A DNA stretch of 9,770 nucleotides from Octopus sinensis. Its lineage: Eukaryota. Below, one piece after another: positions 6,693 to 9,770 of the stretch (its first letter is position 1; each line of letters opens with the position of its first letter). Location: assembly GCF_006345805.1 (NCBI RefSeq), contig NW_021827840.1, positions 1-9,770 of the forward strand, written 5' to 3'. The notes under the pieces were generated by a model, which was not told the origin of the DNA, did not search any database, and saw nothing but the letters and a program-made list of their open reading frames with translations. The position numbers and the translations under genes were made by a program.

Positions 6693-6944
6693 TGTGCATG
6701 CGTGTGTATGTGTGCATGTGTTTGTGTTTGTGTCTGTGTTTGTTCCCCACCACCGCTTAACAGCCGGTGTTGGTGAGTTTACGTCCTCGTAACTTAGCAG
6801 TTCGGCGAAAGAGGATTATAGAATAAGTATCAGGCTTTGTATAAATAACAAATACTTGGGATCGATTCGTTCGACTAAAATTCTTCAAGGTGGTGTGCCC
6901 CAGCATGGCCGCAGTTTAATGACTGAAACAAGTAAAAGATAAAA
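6471..6944 (+). mobile_element. tRNA-derived SINE family C, apparently full length, with an internal (TA)/(TG) microsatellite
   Basis: Head GGCACAGGCGTGGATGTGCAGT..., B box GGTTCATTCCC (6524-6534), head matching 3856-4005 on the opposite strand, internal TA/TG tract about 6632-6740, and 3' end ...CCAGCATGGCCGCAGTTTAATGACTGAAACAAGTAAAAGATAAAA. Confidence 0.85.
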
Positions 6945-7285
6945 CGTAAATGATATGAAAATTCAAAGGAATCCTCTTCTATGATCCTACATTTCTTATG
7001 ATAACCTCAACAGTCTATTTAAAGTCGCTACACATAAACAAGCACCGCAGCGCACCACCATCCCACCTCTCAACAAATCAATAAAACTGCCGCTCAATTT
7101 TGACGTTAGATGAACCAGTTCTCACAATACAAGCTGGCATTCTCTTCGATATTAAGTGGCTTTCTCAGAAATAAAACCTCTTGCACAGATTTATCCAATT
7201 CACAATGGATAATGTCATCTCTATTGACATGAAACTCCACAGTGTGGTTTTATCCTAGGTTTTTTGCATTCGTTGCTCATATACA

Positions 7286-7348
7286 GATAGATATGCATAT
7301 ATATATATATATACACACACATATATATATATATATATACACATACAT

Positions 7349-7388
<40 letters not shown>

Positions 7389-7475
7389 TCACACACACCA
7401 CATAGATATATAGATACATATTATACATATATACATATATATATATATGTATGTGTATATCTATGTGTGTGTATG

Positions 7476-7518
<43 letters not shown>

Positions 7519-7557
7519 TATCTATATATATTATTGTGTGTGTGTATGTATTGTGTG

Positions 7558-7618
<61 letters not shown>

Positions 7619-7625
7619 TGTATAT
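7286..7625. repeat. Compound (TA)n/(CA)n/(TG)n microsatellite, quasi-palindromic
   Basis: CA-biased left half and TG-biased right half around TA runs. Confidence 0.9.
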
Positions 7626-7782
7626 AAATCTCGCATAGATGGAGCGAGCAATCGTCGAAGAGAAGCATCACGATTAATTAACTGAATAAATATGTTAAGA
7701 TGCTGAACAATCGACCAAAGAAATGCGATATGACATTTTGAATTAGTCACATTCTATCAGATTTTCAACGCCTTTCTATCTC

Positions 7783-7820
7783 GCACACACACACACACAA
7801 ATTCTCTATCTCTATCTCTT

Positions 7821-7868
<48 letters not shown>

Positions 7869-8362
7869 GCTCTCTTTCTCTCTCTTTCTCACTTTCTCTC
7901 TCTCTCTCTCTTTTTCTCGCTATTTCTCTCTCTCTCTATCGCTTTTTTTTCTCTCCCCTCCAAACACTTTATTTTTATCTCTTTCTTTCTCTCCCCCTTC
8001 TCTGTCTCTTTTCTCTCTCTTTCGCTCTCTCTTCCTCTCTCTCCCTCTTTCTCTCACTCTCTCTCTCTCACTCTCTCACCCTCACTCTCTCACCCTCACT
8101 CTCTCTCCCTCCCTCCATCGCACACTCTCCCTCCCTCTTTCTCCCTTTCTCTCTCCCTCTCTCTTCCTTTCCCTCTTTCTCTGTCTCTTTCCCTCTCTCT
8201 CTTTCTCACTTTCTTTCTCTCTCTTTCACAATCTCTTTTTCTCTCTATCTCTTTCTCTCTTTCCCTCTCCCTCACTCTCTATCTTTATCTCTTTCTTTCT
8301 CTTCCTCTTTTTCTATCTCTTTTTCTCTCTCTTTCTCCCTCTATCTCTCTCTCTCTCTCTTC
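7783..8362. repeat. (CA)n followed by a degenerate (CT)n polypyrimidine tract of about 560 bp
   Basis: CA 7783-7798; 7803-8362 is almost exclusively C/T on the plus strand. Confidence 0.95.
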
Positions 8363-8884
8363 TAGAAACGAAGACTTACCAAATAAGAACACCACCACTG
8401 CTCAGTTCTTCCCTCTCAAAATAGATATTCTATCTTTTACCTCGTCTCTTACATTTTAAAAGCTACTTCACATATAGAACCATTTTATATCAAATCTCCA
8501 TCTCTTCAAATATTTGATATTAATTGACAGCAACTTTCTCATTGATGGAATTTTCTTCTTGGACGTAGAATCTATCAGTTGATTTATTGATCTTTACTAA
8601 GGTGGTCATCTCCATTGATTAGTTTCAAAGCATTCGCTAATGTAGCATGTTATAACGTATTCAGTTTAATTATCTCCTATTCTTGTATTTCCTATCTTGA
8701 CGTACGAACATATTACAAAGCACTTGAGATTCTGATGTACTGTGGAACGAAACCTATTATTTTCAAATGAAATCTTTCATTCAGTATTTTGTGAAAGAGA
8801 AGACGCAGACATAACTGTTAGACGAAGACTTGAGTTCAATATCATATCTATAACATTATAACATTTAATTTACTCACGCGGCAT

Positions 8885-8997
8885 TATACATACATATATT
8901 CATACATACAGACAACACACACACAAGTGCCATGTATATATTTGCATGTATAAATGAGTATGAATGTATGTATATATATATATATATATATGTGGTG

Positions 8998-9028
<31 letters not shown>

Positions 9029-9110
9029 TGTGTGTGTGTATGTGTGTGTGTGTTGTACGTGTGTTGTATGTGTGTGTGTGTTGTATGTGTGTGTGTGTAT
9101 GTGTTGTGTG
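8885..9110. repeat. Compound (CA/TACA)-(TA)-(TG)n microsatellite
   Basis: Direct inspection. Confidence 0.9.
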
Positions 9111-9420
9111 ATGGATTCACCGATTTTCATGTATAAAGCGTCCAGTCGTTCCATGAATGGGAATGACCTATTCAGTGAATTAGCGTGGCTGTATATTCCA
9201 CAGGCGCATGAATGCTTAAATTAAATACCAAACAGAAGTCGTGTATGTTTGTGTATTCAACGATATTTTATGTCTCTTTTTCTCTGGAACAGCTTCATGT
9301 ATTTCTGGAAAGTCAATAGCGTTGGAGAGCATAAAGATTAAAGATGTAGCTGAGAAAAAGTTTGCTGACATGGAGGACAATGAACAATCTAAATGTTGGA
9401 AAAGAGTTATCTATAACCTG

Positions 9421-9770
9421 CACAATTCAGAGAGCTGTGTGAAGCTGTTACTGCAGACTATGGTCAAATCCTGGATGGAGAGAGCTGCTGCTTGAAGGTC
9501 GTATCTATGGCAACATGATTCGGTTCCTTACCATACCTCCAGAAACAGTCAGATGTGGTTGTTGGAGTATTTCTGCAACATCACCAGCCCATGGATAATT
9601 ATGTAATCCCATGGATTATTATGTGAGGGACACGGTTGAGAAAAGCTACTATGGTGGCCTCGATCAACGAGGGATTGGAAGATCTTTCCAGGGACACAAT
9701 GAGGAACACAATAAACAAGTACCGGAGCAATCTTGAGGCTGTGGTAGGGGCCGAAAGCATCCACTTTGAG
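9421..9770 (+). mobile_element. Degenerate Tc1/mariner-superfamily transposase, C-terminal catalytic part (maT/DD37D-like)
   Basis: Frame of 9421: HNSESCVKLLLQTMVKSWMERAAA*RSYLWQHDSVPYHTSRNSQMWLLEYFCNITSP (compare VKPW....GRPYVWQQDSAP.HTS..Q.WL; second catalytic D at 9517-9519). Shifted frame from 9602: CNPMDYYVRDTVEK (NPxDY.VW motif, third D). Shifted frame from 9651: MVASINEGLEDLSRDTMRNTINKYRSNLEAVVGAESIHFE (compare RLEAVVEAEGGYFE C-terminus). One stop and two frameshifting deletions are present. Confidence 0.88.

Noticed and set aside
7630-7690. TAG|ATGGAGCGAGC...TGA AATAAA as a terminal exon
   Set aside because: The acceptor has no pyrimidine tract and the frame is very short with no recognisable product.
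8374-8455. Cluster of minus-strand donor-like sites (TG|GTAAGT at 8379, GAG|GTAAAA, AAT|GTAAGA)
   Set aside because: There is no matching acceptor with a pyrimidine tract, and all frames upstream close within about 30-40 codons.
9241-9420. 5' part of ORF 9241..9495 (…AEKKFADMEDNEQSKCW…) as the first-D (DEKxF) region of the transposase, or as an exon after TCTCTTTTTCTCTGGAACAG
   Set aside because: Similarity is too weak to call by eye, and the spacing would require a large deletion. It needs a profile alignment.

Overview
AT-rich, repeat-saturated eukaryotic DNA with no intact protein-coding gene; it reads as intronic or intergenic. The repeat families resemble those I recall from Octopus (coleoid cephalopod) genomes, which is an inference and was not searched. 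Contents: (1) a decayed non-LTR retrotransposon reverse transcriptase on the minus strand (1-784), with the main RT motifs still readable across frameshifts and R4/Dong-like in character; (2) about nine full or partial copies of three tRNA-derived SINE families, including a dimeric unit and a monomer that are each flanked by target-site duplications; (3) a short Penelope-like repeat (about 3650-3835, minus strand) carrying a hammerhead-ribozyme-like core; (4) the decayed C-terminal part of a Tc1/mariner (maT/DD37D-like) transposase (about 9421-9770, plus strand); (5) a 44-bp-arm inverted repeat, one weak candidate exon, and many long simple or compound microsatellites. Most ORFs in the supplied track are microsatellite artefacts. 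The best leads are the hammerhead-like motif, the modular SINE architecture with a shared GTCGAT-NNN-ATCGAC hairpin, and the two frameshifted transposon fossils that the ORF track only partly shows.
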